DNA of 62,633 nucleotides, filler included, from Chiloscyllium plagiosum (lineage: Eukaryota), in NCBI RefSeq assembly GCF_004010195.1. It is 4 parts of one record of this genome, joined end to end, with 100 filler letters (N's around TTAATTAATTAA, not from the genome) between each part and the next. Parts side by side here need not be neighbours in the genome. Positions count along the whole stretch, not along the records: positions 1 to 30,295 come from NC_057714.1; 3 more parts are not named here. One strand, given 5' to 3'. The notes under the pieces were generated by a model that saw only the letters and a program-made list of their open reading frames with translations, made no database searches and was not told the DNA's origin. The translations under genes were made by a program, and so were the position numbers. Shown in pieces: positions 1-12,757 of this stretch (the stretch's first letter is position 1; every line of letters begins with the position of its first letter).

Positions 1-625
1 ACTGTTCTACGTAGCCAACAAAGAGACAGGCATAGCTGGGGCCCATACATGTGCCCATGGCTACCCTTTTGGTCTGGAGGAAGTGGGAGGATTCGGAGGA
101 AAAATTGTTAAGGGTGAGGACCAGTTCAGCCAAATGAATGAGAGTGTCGGTGGAAGGGTACTGTTGGGGACGTCGGGAGAGGAAGAAACAGAGGGCTTGG
201 AGGGCCTGTTCATGGTGGATGGAGGTGTAGAGGGATTGGATATCCATGGTGAAGATGAGGCGTTGGGGGCCGGGGAAACAGACGTCTTGGAGAAGGTGGA
301 GGGCATGGGTGTTGTCTCGAACATATGTGGGGAGTTCCTGGACTAGGGGAGATAGGACAGTGTCGAGGTAGGTAGAGATAAGTTCAGTGGGGCAGGAGCA
401 TGCTGAGACAATGGGTCGGCCAGGGTGGTCAGGCTTGTGGATCTTGGGAAGGAGGTAGAACCGGGCAGTGTGGGGTTCCCGGACTATGAGGTTGGAAGCT
501 GTGGGTGGGTGATCTCCAGAGGTGATGAGGTTCTGTATAGTCTGGGAGATGATGGTTTGGTGATGGGGGGTGTGGTCATGGTCGAGGGGGTGATAGGAGG
601 AGGTGTCCTCGGGTTGGCATCTGGC
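1..625 (-). mobile_element. Penelope-like element (Neptune-type) reverse transcriptase fragment, runs off the window edge
   Basis: The minus strand reads PQRLIFTMDIQSLYTSIHH...LAELVLTLNNFS...FLQTKRVAMGTCMGPSYACLFVGYVEQ, the PLE RT motifs A and B. Confidence 0.85.
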
Positions 626-640
626 TTCAGTGACTGCAAC

Positions 641-925
641 CAGGAGTCCCCTGCTTTGGGCATACCACACTGCTGCTGCTGGCACCTCATCATTAGCAGG
701 AGTCCCTGCTCTTGGCCTACTGCAGTCAGGCTCCATTGCCAAATCAGGCCACTGCTGCTGCCTTGCTTACTGCAGGAGTCCCTGCTCTGAGCATACTGCA
801 GTCAGGCTCCATTGAGAAACCAGGCTACTGCTGCCACCTTGCTAACCACAGGAGTCCCTGTTCTGGGCCTACTGCAGTCAGGCCCCATTGACAAACCAGG
901 CTGCCACTGCTGCCTCACCAAGAGT
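641..925. repeat. Degenerate tandem repeat, about 75-bp unit, 3-4 copies
   Basis: caggagtccctg...ctactgcagtcaggc(t/c)ccattg recurs near 698, 774 and 849, with a partial copy at 641. Confidence 0.75.
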
Positions 926-3134
926 CCTGTTCCAGCAGCCCTCCTCCAAAATGTTGCCTTGCCAACACCGACATCTTGAAAAGTTCGCTGCTTCCTCCAA
1001 TCGCTGAAGTAGCTTGGCTGCCGCTGCTGACTCCAAATGCCAGGAGGACATCCTTGCTGCTGCTCCTGTCTCCAATTGCCAGGAGGATCCACATTCGCCG
1101 CCACCTCCTCTAACTGCCAGGAGGCTGCCTCCTTCACCACAACCGGCTCTTGCTGTTGTGCCAATGTCGCCAATTAACCCGCAGAAAAAGTTTTAAAGAA
1201 AAGTAAAACAAATAAAAAAGATTAAAGTAAAGGAAAGAATATGGGCTAAAGTAAAAAGAAGAAAAATGTAGGAAAGCAAACAGAAGAGGATGAGCCCCAT
1301 GCTCAAGAGACCACACACAGGCCTGCTATTCCACCACTATCTTGAATATTCTGTCTTACGCAAACAGCAATGGATGCAGGATCTGTTGCTACTTCTACAT
1401 CTGAGGAAGATAATTTTGACTTTTAGTCACTCGTAGGACATGGACATTGTTGGCTGGGCCAGTATTTAGTGGCCCTTGAGAAGGTGGGCTGAGCTGCCTT
1501 CTTGAACCCCTGCAGTCCATCTGCTGTGAGTTGACCCACAAGGCCATTTGGGTGGGAGTTCCAGGATTTTGATCTAGTGACAGTAAAGGAATAGCAATAG
1601 ATTTCCAAGTCAGAATAGAGAGAGGCTTGGAGGGGAGTTTGCAGGTGATGATGTTCCCATGTATCTGCTGCCTTCTAGATGGAAATGCTCATGTGTTTGG
1701 AAGGTACTGTCTAAAGATCTATGGTGAATTTGTGCAGTACATCTTGTAGATAGTACACATTGCTGCTACAGATGGAGGGAGTGGATGTTTGCGGAATGTG
1801 GTGTTAAGCAAAGGTATTAAGTGATATGGGCCTAAGGCAAGTATTTGGGATTAGATCACAGATTAGCCATGATCTCATTGAATAGTGGAACAGACTTGAG
1901 GGGATGAATGGCCTAATCTTGTTCCTATGCTCCTAGCTGTAGGTCACTGAAGTGATAGGGGAACAGAACTTGGTCTGTGTTAATACATGAGCTTCAAAGT
2001 CGTGGTGAAACTCATGTATAAAGCGTGTGAGTGTGGAGGACTGGGCTGGAGACCACAGCAAACGTCAGGTCTGGAAAGCTGCTATATTAATGCAAGTTCT
2101 TTCCCTTCCTTCATTTCTGTCCACGATTGAGGTTTTAGGAATCCCTTCCAATCTGGAAAATCTAAGATTGAAATTTCCCAGCATACGGGTCCGGGTGGTC
2201 CTAACTGGGATATCGGATGTGTGTATGAAATCAGGAGATGCTCTGATTGCTTCTTCAGACGAGGAAATGATTGATGGCCGCATGCTGTGTGCTAAGGTGA
2301 CTGCTGAAAGCAAACGGGGGGGCGTCCATGCTATGTGCTCTTTCCTAGTTTGTTGCCAGCTAAGCATCATGACAAATGGCAGGAGAAGCATTCAATCCCC
2401 AGTGCTCTACTTTTCTAACCTTTCATTATAATGGATGGAAAATTGCAGGTCAGCAAATAATGGAAGTGGTACTCCTACCCTTGGAGTTTAAACACATACT
2501 TAGAGCTGATCTCTGCACTAAGAGCAGGATTCTGTGGCAATGGAATGTATTTCCAGGCAATGAAATTACATAAAAAGATTAGATATTGAAAGTGCCTGCC
2601 CCAGCAGCATTTTCAATAGAGGCTTTCTTGCATGGAGTTGAAATGAAGTATCTGTTCCTTCATTTTAAAAGGTAAATATGCAAAAAAAAAGAAACAAAGT
2701 CTTATGTGAATCAAACCTGAAGACGTATGAAGTTAGACAAAATCACCAGCTGGGCCCTATAGTTCCCTGGGTGCATTTAATCTCACTGGCCCAGTCCGTC
2801 TTCCTAGCACAATATGAGTCTCTCCTACATGGTTACCAGTGGCCTGTATCATTGTCAGTAAGGGCAGTTAGCACCTGAAAGAGTTAACTGGTGTCAAAAG
2901 ATACGCTCTGCACATGAAAGGGGATATTTGTGGATGTAGTGACAATTGAGTGGGCTGCTTTGTCCTGGATGGTGTCAAGCTTCTTGAGTTGTTGGAGTCC
3001 AGGCAACTGGGGTGTTTCCCATCCCACTCCTGACTGGTGCCTTGTAGTTGGTAGACAGGCTTTGGAGAGTCAGGAGGTGAGTTACTCAGGGTGTGTGTAT
3101 GGAAAGGCGTACAAGGTCTGAATGCATTCAGATA

Positions 3135-3510
3135 TAGTTAGTAAGTTTGCAGATGACACCAACATTTGGAGGTGTAGTGGACAGATAAATAAGATCTTTT
3201 CCCTGGAGTGGGGGAGTCCAGAAATAGAGGGCTCAGGTTTAAAGTGAGAGGGGAAAGATTGAAAATGGATCTAAGGGGCAACCTTTTTCATGCAGAGGGC
3301 TGTGCATGTATGGAATCAGCTGCCAGAGGAAGTGATGGAGGCTGGTATAATGACAACATTTAAAAGTCATCTGGATGAGTACATGAATAGGAAGGGTTTG
3401 GAGGGATATGGACCAAGTGCTAGCAAATGGGACTAATTTAGGATATCTAATCAGCATGGACAAGTTAGACTCAGGGTCTGTTTATGTGCTGTACATCTCT
3501 AAGACTCTAT
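3135..3510 (+). mobile_element. CR1 LINE 3' fragment
   Basis: agtaagtttgcagatgacacc (SKFADDT) followed by the CR1 3' end and a ctctatga tail seen elsewhere in the window. Confidence 0.75.
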
Positions 3511-4091
3511 GATCAGGTATATTGTTCATGGAGCACTTGTGTTTTGAGTTAACAGCAGGTAGTTTAAGTAATAATGTTCACTTATTGTTACTAATCCCAC
3601 AAGAGACAATAATGTACTTCAAATAAAAGCAGGGTGCTGGATAATTTTTAAAAATATAAACAGAAAGTGCTGGAGAACATCAGGAGGGCTGGTAGAAACT
3701 GGGGAAGCAGAGAAACAAAACATACTGTTTCAATTCCATTACGACTCTTTTTCAGAATCATGTTATGTCAGATATAAGGAGCTACTCATTAATATGTAAT
3801 AACCCAAAGACCACAATATGTCGGAGCAGGAGTAGGTCATTCAGCCCATTGAGTTTGCTCTGCCATTTGATGAAATCATGTCAGATGCCAACGCCACTTT
3901 CCTGCCTATTCCTTATAACCCTCGATCCACTTCCTGGTTAAAAATCTGTCTGTTTCAGCCTTGAGTACATTTGATCACCCAGCTTCGATTGTCCTCTGGA
4001 GTAACAAATTCTACACATTCACTCCTCTCTGACAGAAGATGTTCCTCCTTATCTCTGTCTTCTAGTGAACCTAGACAACCTGGTGAAATCT

Positions 4092-4802
4092 AGTTACTCC
4101 ATTTACAAGTTTGCTGATGACACCACAGTTGTAGGGGGGGAGTCTCAAACAACAAAGAGACAGAACACAGGAAAGAGATAGAGTGCTTAGTGACATGGTG
4201 TAAAGCCAACAATCTATCAAATGTCAACAAAATGAAAGATCTCGTCATTGACTTCAGGAAGTACAGTGGAGGGCACACCCGTGTCTGCATCCATGGTGCT
4301 GAGGTGGAGATGGTCGAGAACATCAAGTTTGTGGGAGCGATGATCATCAACAATGTGTCCTGATCAGTATCACAGCATGGTTTGGCAACTATTCTGCCAG
4401 GGAAACGACACAGAGTTGTGAACACAGCCCAGTCCATAACACAAGCCAACCTTCCATCCATTGACTCCATCTACACTTCTCACTGCCTCGGGAAGGCAGC
4501 CAACATCATCAAAGATCCCGCCCACCCCGGTTACAAACTCTTTCAACCTCTTCCATTGGGCAGAAGATGTAAAATTTTAAATACGCATACCAACAGATTT
4601 GAGAACAGCTTCTTTCCTGCTGTTGTTAGACTTCTGGATGAACCTCTCAAATTTTAAATTTAATGTTGATCTCATTCTCTGTGCACTTTCTCTGCAGCCG
4701 TAACATTGTACTCTCTGCTCTGTTCAATTATTCTGATGCACTTCATGTAGGATGATCTGCCTATACTACACACAAAGCAATAATAAATCAAATCAAATCC
4801 AA
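4092..4802 (+). mobile_element. Rex1/Babar-type LINE, RT C-terminus and 3' end
   Basis: KFADDTTVVG motif, then LPSIDSIYTSHCLGKAANIIKDPAHPGYKLFQPLPLGRR...RFENSFFPAVVRLL and an (aaatc)n tail. Confidence 0.8.
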
Positions 4803-4826
4803 TCATCCTTCTAAACTTCATTGAGT

Positions 4827-7800
4827 ACATAGAACATAGAACAATACAACGCAGAACAGGCCCTTCGGCCCTTGATGTTGCGCCGACCTGTGAACTATTT
4901 TCAGCTCGTCCCCCTACACTATCCCAAAATCATCCATGTACTTATTCAAGTATTGTTTAAATCCCCCTAATGTGGCTGAGTTAACTACATTGGCAGGTAA
5001 GGCATTCCACGCCCTTACCACTCTCTGCATAAAGAACCTGCCTCTGACATCTGTCTTAAATCTATCACCCCTCAATTTGTAGCTATGCCCCCTTGTACAC
5101 GCTGATGTCATCATCCTAGGAAAAAGACTTTCACTGTCTACCCTATCTAATCCTCTGATCATCTTGTATGTCTCTATCAAATCCCCTCTTAGCCTTCTTC
5201 ACTCCAATGAGAACAGGTTCAAGTCTCTCAGCCTTTCCTCATAAGACTTTCCCTCCAGACCAGGCAACATCCTGGTAAATCTCCTCTGCACCTTTTCCAA
5301 TGCTTCCACATCCTTCCGAAATATGGGGACCAGAACTGTACACAATATTCCAAGTGTGGCCGCACCAGCATTTTGTATAGTTGCAGCAAGACATGGTGGC
5401 TCCGGAACTCAATCCCTCTACGAATGAAACGTAACACACCATATGCCTTCTTAACAGCACTATCCATCTGGGTGGCAACTTTCAGGGATCTATGTACATG
5501 AACTCCAAGATCCCTCTGCACATCCACACTACCAAGAATCTTTCCATTGACCCAGTACTCTGCCTTCCTGTTATTCTTCCCACAGTGCATCACTTCACAT
5601 TTAGCTGCATTGAATTCCATTTGCCACCTCTCAGCCCAATTCTGCTGTTTATCCAAGTCCTCCTGCAACCTGTAACATTCTTCCAAACTGCCCACTACTC
5701 CACCGACTTTAGTGTCGTCTGCAAATTTACTAATCCATCCAAATATGCCTGCGTCTAAGTCATTTATAAAAATGACAAACAGCAGTGGTCACAAAACAGA
5801 TCCTTGTGGCACACCACTAGTAACCGGACTCCAGGCTGAATATTTTCCGTCAACCACCACTCGCTGCCTTCTTTCAGAAAGTCCGTTTCTAATCCAAACT
5901 GCTAAATCACCCTCAATCCCATGCCTCTGCATTTTCTCCAACAGACTACCATGTGGAACCTTATCAAAGGCTTTACTGAAGTCCATGTATACCACGTCAA
6001 CTGCCCTACCCTCATCTACATGCTTGGTCACCTTCTCAAAAAACTCAATGAGGTTTGTGAGACATGACCTGCCCTTGATGAAACCATGTTGACTATCTGA
6101 AATCAAATTGTTACTTGCTAAATGTTTATAAATCTTATCTCTAAAACCTTTCCTACAACAGACGTAAGGCTCACTGGTCTATAATTACCTAATGAGAAAT
6201 GTTCATTTAGCACCTCTCCGATCTCCACAGGGTCCACACTCAACTTCCCACTTCTGTCTTTGACTGGCTCTACTCCTACCCTAATCATCATTTTATTCCT
6301 CACATACCTATAGAAAGCTTTAGGATTCTCCTTTATTCTTTTTGCTGAAGACTTCTCATGTCCTCTCTTTGCTCTTCTTAACTCTCTTTAAATCCTTCCG
6401 AGCTAATCTGTAACTCTCCATCGCCTCATCTGAACCATCTTACCTCATCAACACATAAGCCTCCTTCTTCTTCATAACAAGAGATGCCATTTCTGTTGTA
6501 AACCACGGTTCCCTTACTTTATCACTTCCTCCCTGCCTGACAGGGACATACCTATCAAGGACACGGAATATCAGTTCCTTAGACCAGCTCCACATTTCCA
6601 TTGTCTGTATCCCCTGCATTTTGCTACCCCATTCTATGCATCCTAATTCTTGCCTAATCGCATTATAATTGCCCTTGTCCCATCGATAACTCTTGACCTG
6701 TGGCATGTACCTATCCCTTTCCATCGCTGAACTAAATGTAACTGAATTATGGTCACTCTTTCCAAAGTGCTCACCTACAACTAAATCAAACACCTGACCT
6801 AGTTCATTACCAAGCACCAGATCCAGTGGGGCCTCCCTTCTTGTCGGCCCTTCGACATACTGTGTCAGGAAACCCTCCTGTACACACTGGACAAAAACTG
6901 ATCCCTCCAACGTACTGAATTTATAGCATTTCCAGGATCCCTCCAACGTACTGAATTTATAGCATTTCCAGTCAATGTTGGGGAAGTTAAAGTCTCCCAT
7001 TATGACCACCCTGTTCCTTTCACTCCTACCCAGAATAATTTTGCTAATCTTCTCTTCCACCTCCCTGGAACTCTGCAGAGGCCTATTAAAAAACTCCAAG
7101 CAGTGTGACGTCTCCTCTCCTGTTTCTAACCTCAGCCCATACTACCTCAGTAGATGAGTCCTCATCAAAACTTCTCTCAGCCACCGTTATACTATCCTTG
7201 ACTAACAAAATCACACCTCCCCCTATTTTACACCTTGCCTGTTCTTAATGAAAGACCTAAACTCTGGAACCTGCAACATCCATTCCTCAACCTGTTCTAT
7301 CCATGTCTCCGAAATGGCCACTACATCAAAGTCCCAGGTAACTATCCATGCTGCAAACTCACCTACCTTATTTCGGATACTTCTGGTGTTGAAGTAAACA
7401 CATTTCAAACCACTTTGCAGTCTGCCATTACACTCCTGTGACCCTGAAATCCTGTCCCTGTCCTTCCTACTCTCATCCTCCTGTGCACTGCAAATACACT
7501 TCCGGTTCCCATTACCCTGCTGAGCTAATTTAAACCCACCTGAATAGCACCAGCAAATTTCCCACCCAGGATATTAGTACCCCGCTGGTTCAAGTGAAGA
7601 CCATCCTGTTTGTACAAGTCCCACATTCCCCAGAATGAGCCCCAATTATGAAGTAGTGAAACCCTCCCTCCTGCACCATCCTTGCAGCCACGTGTTCAGC
7701 TGATACCTCTCCCTATTCCTTGCTTCGCTATCATGTGGCATGGGTAACAAACCAGAGATAGCAACTCTGTTTGTTCTAGCTCTTAGCTTCCACCCGAGCA

Positions 7801-8090
7801 CCCTGAAATCCTGCCTTACATCCTTAATCCTCTTTCTACCTGTGTCGTTGGTACCTACATGGCCAACGACCTGAGGCTGGTCACCCTCTCTCTTCATGAC
7901 CCCAAAGATATGATCCGAGACATCACGGACCCTGGCACCTGGGAGGCAACACACCAACCGTGAGACTTGGTCATTCCCAACAAACCTTCTATCTGAGCCT
8001 GTAACTATTGAGTCACCAATGATGAACACTCTCCTCCTTTCCCTCCTTCCCTTCTGTGCAACAGGAACAGGCTTTGTACCAGAGACCCAG
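4827..8090 (-). mobile_element. Long decayed CR1 LINE: ORF1 SGNH/GDSL esterase, ORF2 APE endonuclease and RT, with an internal deletion
   Basis: ORF1 IIGDSIV...VVGHVGTND at 7646-8029. APE motifs CVYFNTRSIRNK...VAISETW and MGDFNFPNIDW...LDLVLGN...SDHN. RT motifs QHGFIKGRSCLTNL...YMDFSKAFDKVPH...SGVPQGSVL. (ttctatg)n tail at 4827. Confidence 0.93.
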
Positions 8091-9018
8091 AAACTTCAAC
8101 TGCTCCTCATATAACATTCCTGGGTTAATTCTTGTGAACTTAATCTGGACCGCCTTCAAAGCCAGCCCATCCTTTCTCAGATATGGGGCCCAATCTGCTC
8201 ACAATATTCCAAGTGTGGTCTGACCAGAGCCTTACACAGCCTCAGTAGTACAACTCTGCTCTTGTATTTTAGCCCTTGTGAAAAGAATGCTAACTTTGTA
8301 CTTGCTTTCCTAAGTGCCCACTTGCCCTCATGGTATGAGTAGTTTAAACTGAAGCTAGTAAGAAGGAATGGTAGCAATGAATCTATCCATGGCTCTGCAG
8401 AAGGTTCAAGCAGAAACCAAAATGTTCAAGATTCTTAACTATTCCCATTTCAGCTGATAATCGATTGTTTTTGCAGATAAACACTTTCTAAATTTGCCGT
8501 CCGCAATGCTCCATCAATATTTCCTTGTCTTGCTACCCTGGCTTGCCTAATAATATTGTCCTGCATTAGTCTTTTCTCCGTCCAAAGGCTTCTCTATTTC
8601 CTGCACTCTTAGCCACTTTCCAACATGACACAAAGTGAGACAAGTCAGTTCAGCCGCTGGCACCTCTGACAGTGGGAGGTGTGGGAAGGAGCAGAGCAGG
8701 ATCGCCCACTCAGTACATTTGTCTTGAGGCGAACACAAACACACTGAAGCCTTCTGAGCCCATTGAATTGTATTTTACTCAGAGATTCAAATGAAGAAAA
8801 AAAACATTGGTAAGCTCAATACAAGATAAATTCTCTCTGAACATTAATTTTTAGTAAGAACATGTCTGGTGTTGATTAGTGAGTGCTAGGTTACTATCAG
8901 TGCTATTTTAATGCAGATACTTTGGGCTTTTTTTTAAATGAAGGATAAATTGTGTGGGATTCAATTGAAGTGATCTGAGTCATAGTCCTGGAACTCCCTG
9001 CCCAACACCAGTGTAAGT

Positions 9019-9429
9019 TCTGGATGTAGGTTTGCTCACTGAGCTGGAAGGTTCATTTTCAGATGTTTAGGATATTCCTAGGACAAGCCAAACAGGGACA
9101 TGCATGAGAATTCCTAGAAGCATGGCATTCCAACCAGAACTCTATCAACAAACACATTGACTTGGATCCCATTTATCATCCCCTGAGAAAAATAACAGGA
9201 AACGGCATCACCATAGGAAATGATGTCACCACAGGAAATGACATCAACAACCCAAAGAAACCCAAACACATAAATAGAAAGTGGACCATGCCACCAGTAC
9301 TTCATCCAGAGGCTCACTGATGATATTACTTAGTATGGTGACAAACGTCTGAAAATGGACCTTCCAGCTCAGTGAGCAAACTTGCATCAAGAACCTCAAC
9401 CTGAGCTACAAATCTTCTCAAAACTTGCT
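9019..9429 (+). mobile_element. Penelope-like (Poseidon-type) 3' fragment with a short 5' inverted piece and a 12-bp TSD
   Basis: GIY-YIG C-terminal remnant (LGQAKQ...EFLEAWHS...INKHIDLDP). TSD accagtgtaagt at 9007-9018 and 9430-9441. Decayed hammerhead at 9314-9352. Confidence 0.8.
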
Positions 9430-9621
9430 ACCAGTGTAAGTCTGTCCACACCCTGTGGACATAAGGGGGTTCAAGAAAGCGGTTCACCAGTTTGCACGGG
9501 CAATGAGAGATAGAAAAATAAATGTTGTCCTTATCAGCAATATCAACATTCCATGAAGGAATAGGAAATGTCAACAGCTTTCCATTGTACAACAAATTAG
9601 CTGGAAGAGGGCACTGTTGGT

Positions 9622-10535
9622 ATAATCAGCAAGTTTGCAGATGACATGAAGATTGGTGGAGTAGCAGAAAGCATAGGGGACTGTCAAAGAATACAGGAGG
9701 ATATAGATAGACTGGAGAGTTGGGCGGAAAGGTGGCAGATGGAATCCAATCCAGACAAATGTGAGGTGATGCATCTTGGGAAGTCTAATTCTAGAGCAAA
9801 TTATACAATGAATGGAAGAGCCTTGGGAAAAGTTGATGAGCAGAGAGATCTGGGAGTTCAGGTCCATTGTACCCTGAAGGGTGGTCAAGAAGACATATGG
9901 TATGCTTGCCTTCATCAGATGGGGTATTGAGTATAAGAGCTAGCAGGTCATTTTAAATTGTGCAAGACATTGGTTCGGCCACATTTAGAATACTGTGAAC
10001 AGTTCTGGTCGCCATATTGCCAAAAGAATGTGGACGCTTTGGAGAGCGTGCAGAGAAGGTTTACGAGGATGTTGCCTGGTATGGAAGGTGCTAGCTATGA
10101 AGAGAGGTTGATTAGGTTAGGATTGTTTCATTAGACAAAAGGAAATTGAAGGGGACCTGATTGAGGTCTACAAAAACATGAAGGATATAAACAGGGGAGA
10201 TAGAGATAAGCTTTGTCCCAGGGTGAAGGATTCAATAATGAGAGGTCACACTTTCAAGGTGAGAGGTGAATAGTTTAAGGGGGATACATGCGCCAAGTCC
10301 TTTACACAGAGGGTGTTGGGTGCCTGGAACACGTTGCCAGCAGAGGTAATAGAGACAGGTAGGGTAGATTCATTTAAGATGCGTCTGGACAGATGCACGA
10401 GTAGGTGGGGAGCAGAGGGATACAGATGCTTAGGAATTGGGTGACAGGTTTAGACAGTGGATTAGGATTGGTTCAGGCTTGGAGGGCCGAATGGGCTGTA
10501 AGTTCCTGGGCTGTAAGTTTTCTTGTTCTTTTGTT
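9622..10535 (+). mobile_element. CR1 LINE 3' RT fragment
   Basis: SKFADDMKIGG...LESWAERWQMESNPDKCEVMHLG...RDLGVQVH, followed by the CR1 3' UTR. Confidence 0.88.
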
Positions 10536-10761
10536 CTTTCTTTACAACAGTACACAGTTAACAGCATCACACCAGCAGCTCAAGAATGAATTTACCTACA
10601 AATCAATTTTTTTTCAAATATCACTGGTTTGGCTTTGTACAGTTTTAATATTCATAATGATTTTATCAGCAGGAACAAAAGGAAATCTCAAGGATAAGAG
10701 CTTTGAGTTTCTACTTCATAAATAATATAAAAATGAATTTTCACAGAATGTTTGATAAGTC

Positions 10762-11078
10762 GGGCGGCACGGTGGCACAGTGGTTAGCACTGCTGCCTCA
10801 CAACACCAGAGACCCGGGTTCAATTCCCGCCTCAGGCGACTGACTGTGTGGAGTTTGCACGTTCTCCCCGTGTCTGCGTGGGTTTCCTCCGGGTGCTCCG
10901 GTTTCCTCCCACAGTCCAAAGATGTGCAGGGTCAGGTGAATTGGCCATGCTAAATTGCCCGTAGTGTTAGGTAAGGGGTAAATGTAGGGGTATGGGTGGG
11001 TTGCGCTTCGGCGGGTCGGTGTGGACTTGTTGGGCCGAAGGGCCTGTTTCCACACTGTAAGTAATCTAATCTAATCTA
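10762..11078 (+). mobile_element. HE1-type tRNA-derived V-SINE, full length
   Basis: A box (tggcacagtgg), B box (gggttcaattcc), V-domain core tgcgtgggtttcctccgggtgctccggtttcctcccaca, CR1-like 3' end and (taatc)n tail. Confidence 0.9.
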
Positions 11079-11649
11079 GCTGACAAAGCAACACAACGTC
11101 CAAAAAATTATTCTTTTACTGTCAAACCACCACATAATATTATTGATTTGCTCTTTCCTTTTCGCAATATTTTTTATTGACCTCTTACTGAAAGAATGTA
11201 AAACTGTGGTCACATTCCCAAGATGCCTTGCTGTTGTAAGGAGTTCTGCGCCCACATTGCCACGTCTCTTCCCAGCTTTTTTCATCTTGCTCTAAAAGCA
11301 AATCCTTTTCGTTCCCTTGTCCCTCATGTCTTTATCCAGCTTGCCCTTTAAATGCATCTGTAGTACCACATCAACCACTCCTCGTGACAGCGAGTTTCTC
11401 ACTCTCACCATTCTCTGGTGAAGATTCCTGTCCTGAATTTTATTATGAAATTACTGCTGACTATCTTATAGTCATGGCTCCTGGGTTTTGTCTCTCCTGT
11501 AGTGAAAACGTTTTCCCTAAGTCAACCTTATCAAAACCTTTAGTAATTTTAAAGTCCTCCATTGGGCCACCCTTCGACCACTGATTTTCTAGCCTCCTCA
11601 TGTTGTTTGTTTAACGAGAGCTATCTTTAACCTTATTCTTTTCAAGAAA

Positions 11650-11866
11650 TTATGTGGAAATGCCGGTTTTGGACTCGGGTGTACAAAGATAAAAATCACA
11701 TAGCACCAGGTTATAGTCCAGCAGGTTTATTTGGAAGCACTAGCTTTCGGAGCACTGCTCCTTTATCAGGTAACTAGTGGGGCAGGATCATAAGACACAG
11801 AATTTATAGTAAAAGATCACAGTGTCATACAACTAGAATGATATATTGAACAAACCTAGATTGCTG
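11650..11866 (-). mobile_element. Short PLE-like terminal fragment carrying an AGCU-type hammerhead, 9-bp TSD
   Basis: TSD ttcaagaaa at 11641-11649 and 11867-11875. Homologous to the 26441-26624 hairpin. Confidence 0.6.
11738..11772 (-). ncRNA. Minimal type-I hammerhead motif, AGCU variant, with a G8>A core change
   Basis: uac CUGAUAA A GGAGC agu GCUCC GAAA GCUA gug: 5-bp stem II and stem I uac/gug. Confidence 0.6.
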
Positions 11867-12429
11867 TTCAAGAAAGGAAAGGTAACCTGTTCTCTCCACA
11901 GATATTGAGTGATCTGCTGATGACTTTCAACATTTTTCTGATATTCTAATTCACACTCATGTTACTTGATTATATATAATAATGGGTAATATTACCATAG
12001 TCGCACTGTTGAGAGAGATGATGGCTGGTGAGTTTAACCTGAGGGTCACCGGACCTCAGCCAAGGGAAGGCAAGAATTTCATCATAACCACAATTGGTGC
12101 AGGAATTGAACCTGTTGCAATCGGTAACATTCTGCATTTTAAACCAGCCAAATGAGCTAACTGGCCTATATTATCTGCTGAAAGTATTTTGTGGCATTGA
12201 AGAATAGATTTATTTCCTTTTTCGATCTATACAGAGTCATTGGGTACTCATGGCAGGCACGGCATGAGTGAGATGAGGAGAAAAGCTCTTTACTCCTCTG
12301 GTACTTCATTTGCTTTTCCAACATTTGTCACTCCTTTCCGTCTCTTTGAGTGATCCTGTGGCTGTTGTGCCAAGTTATAGACCTGCTGTCTGCAATGGTG
12401 TCCATAAGGAAAAAAAAACTACGAAAAGA

Positions 12430-12757
12430 AGATACCTATTAAATTGGAGAGGGTTCAGAAATGATTTACCAGAATGTTCCTTGGACTGGAGAGTTTGAAT
12501 TATAAGGAGAGGCTGGATAGGCTGGGACTTTTCTCACTGGAGCGTATGACTTTGAGGGGTGACCTTATAGAGGTTTATAAAATCATGAGGAGCATAGATA
12601 AGGTGAATCCTGAAGGTCTTTTCACTGGGGTGGGCAAGTTCAAAACTATGGGGCATATTATTAAACAGAGAGGAGAAAGATATTAAAGGGATGCAAGCAG
12701 CAACTGTTTCACACCACCAAATGATCTCCTTTTGTACTGTAAAATTCTATGATTCTA
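12430..12757 (+). mobile_element. CR1 LINE 3' fragment
   Basis: LESLNYKERLDRLGLFSLERMTLRGDLIEVYKIMR. Confidence 0.85.

Noticed and set aside
10762..10835. Possible functional tRNA genes at SINE heads
   Set aside because: They continue directly into the V-SINE body; tRNA-derived promoters, not tRNA genes.
10716..11055. Recurrent ORFs MDCGRKPEHPEETHADTGRTCKLHT / HIFGLWEETGAPGGNPRRHGENVQT (also near 50400-50900 and 57700-57950)
   Set aside because: Antisense translations of the HE1/V-SINE, a common source of spurious proteins.
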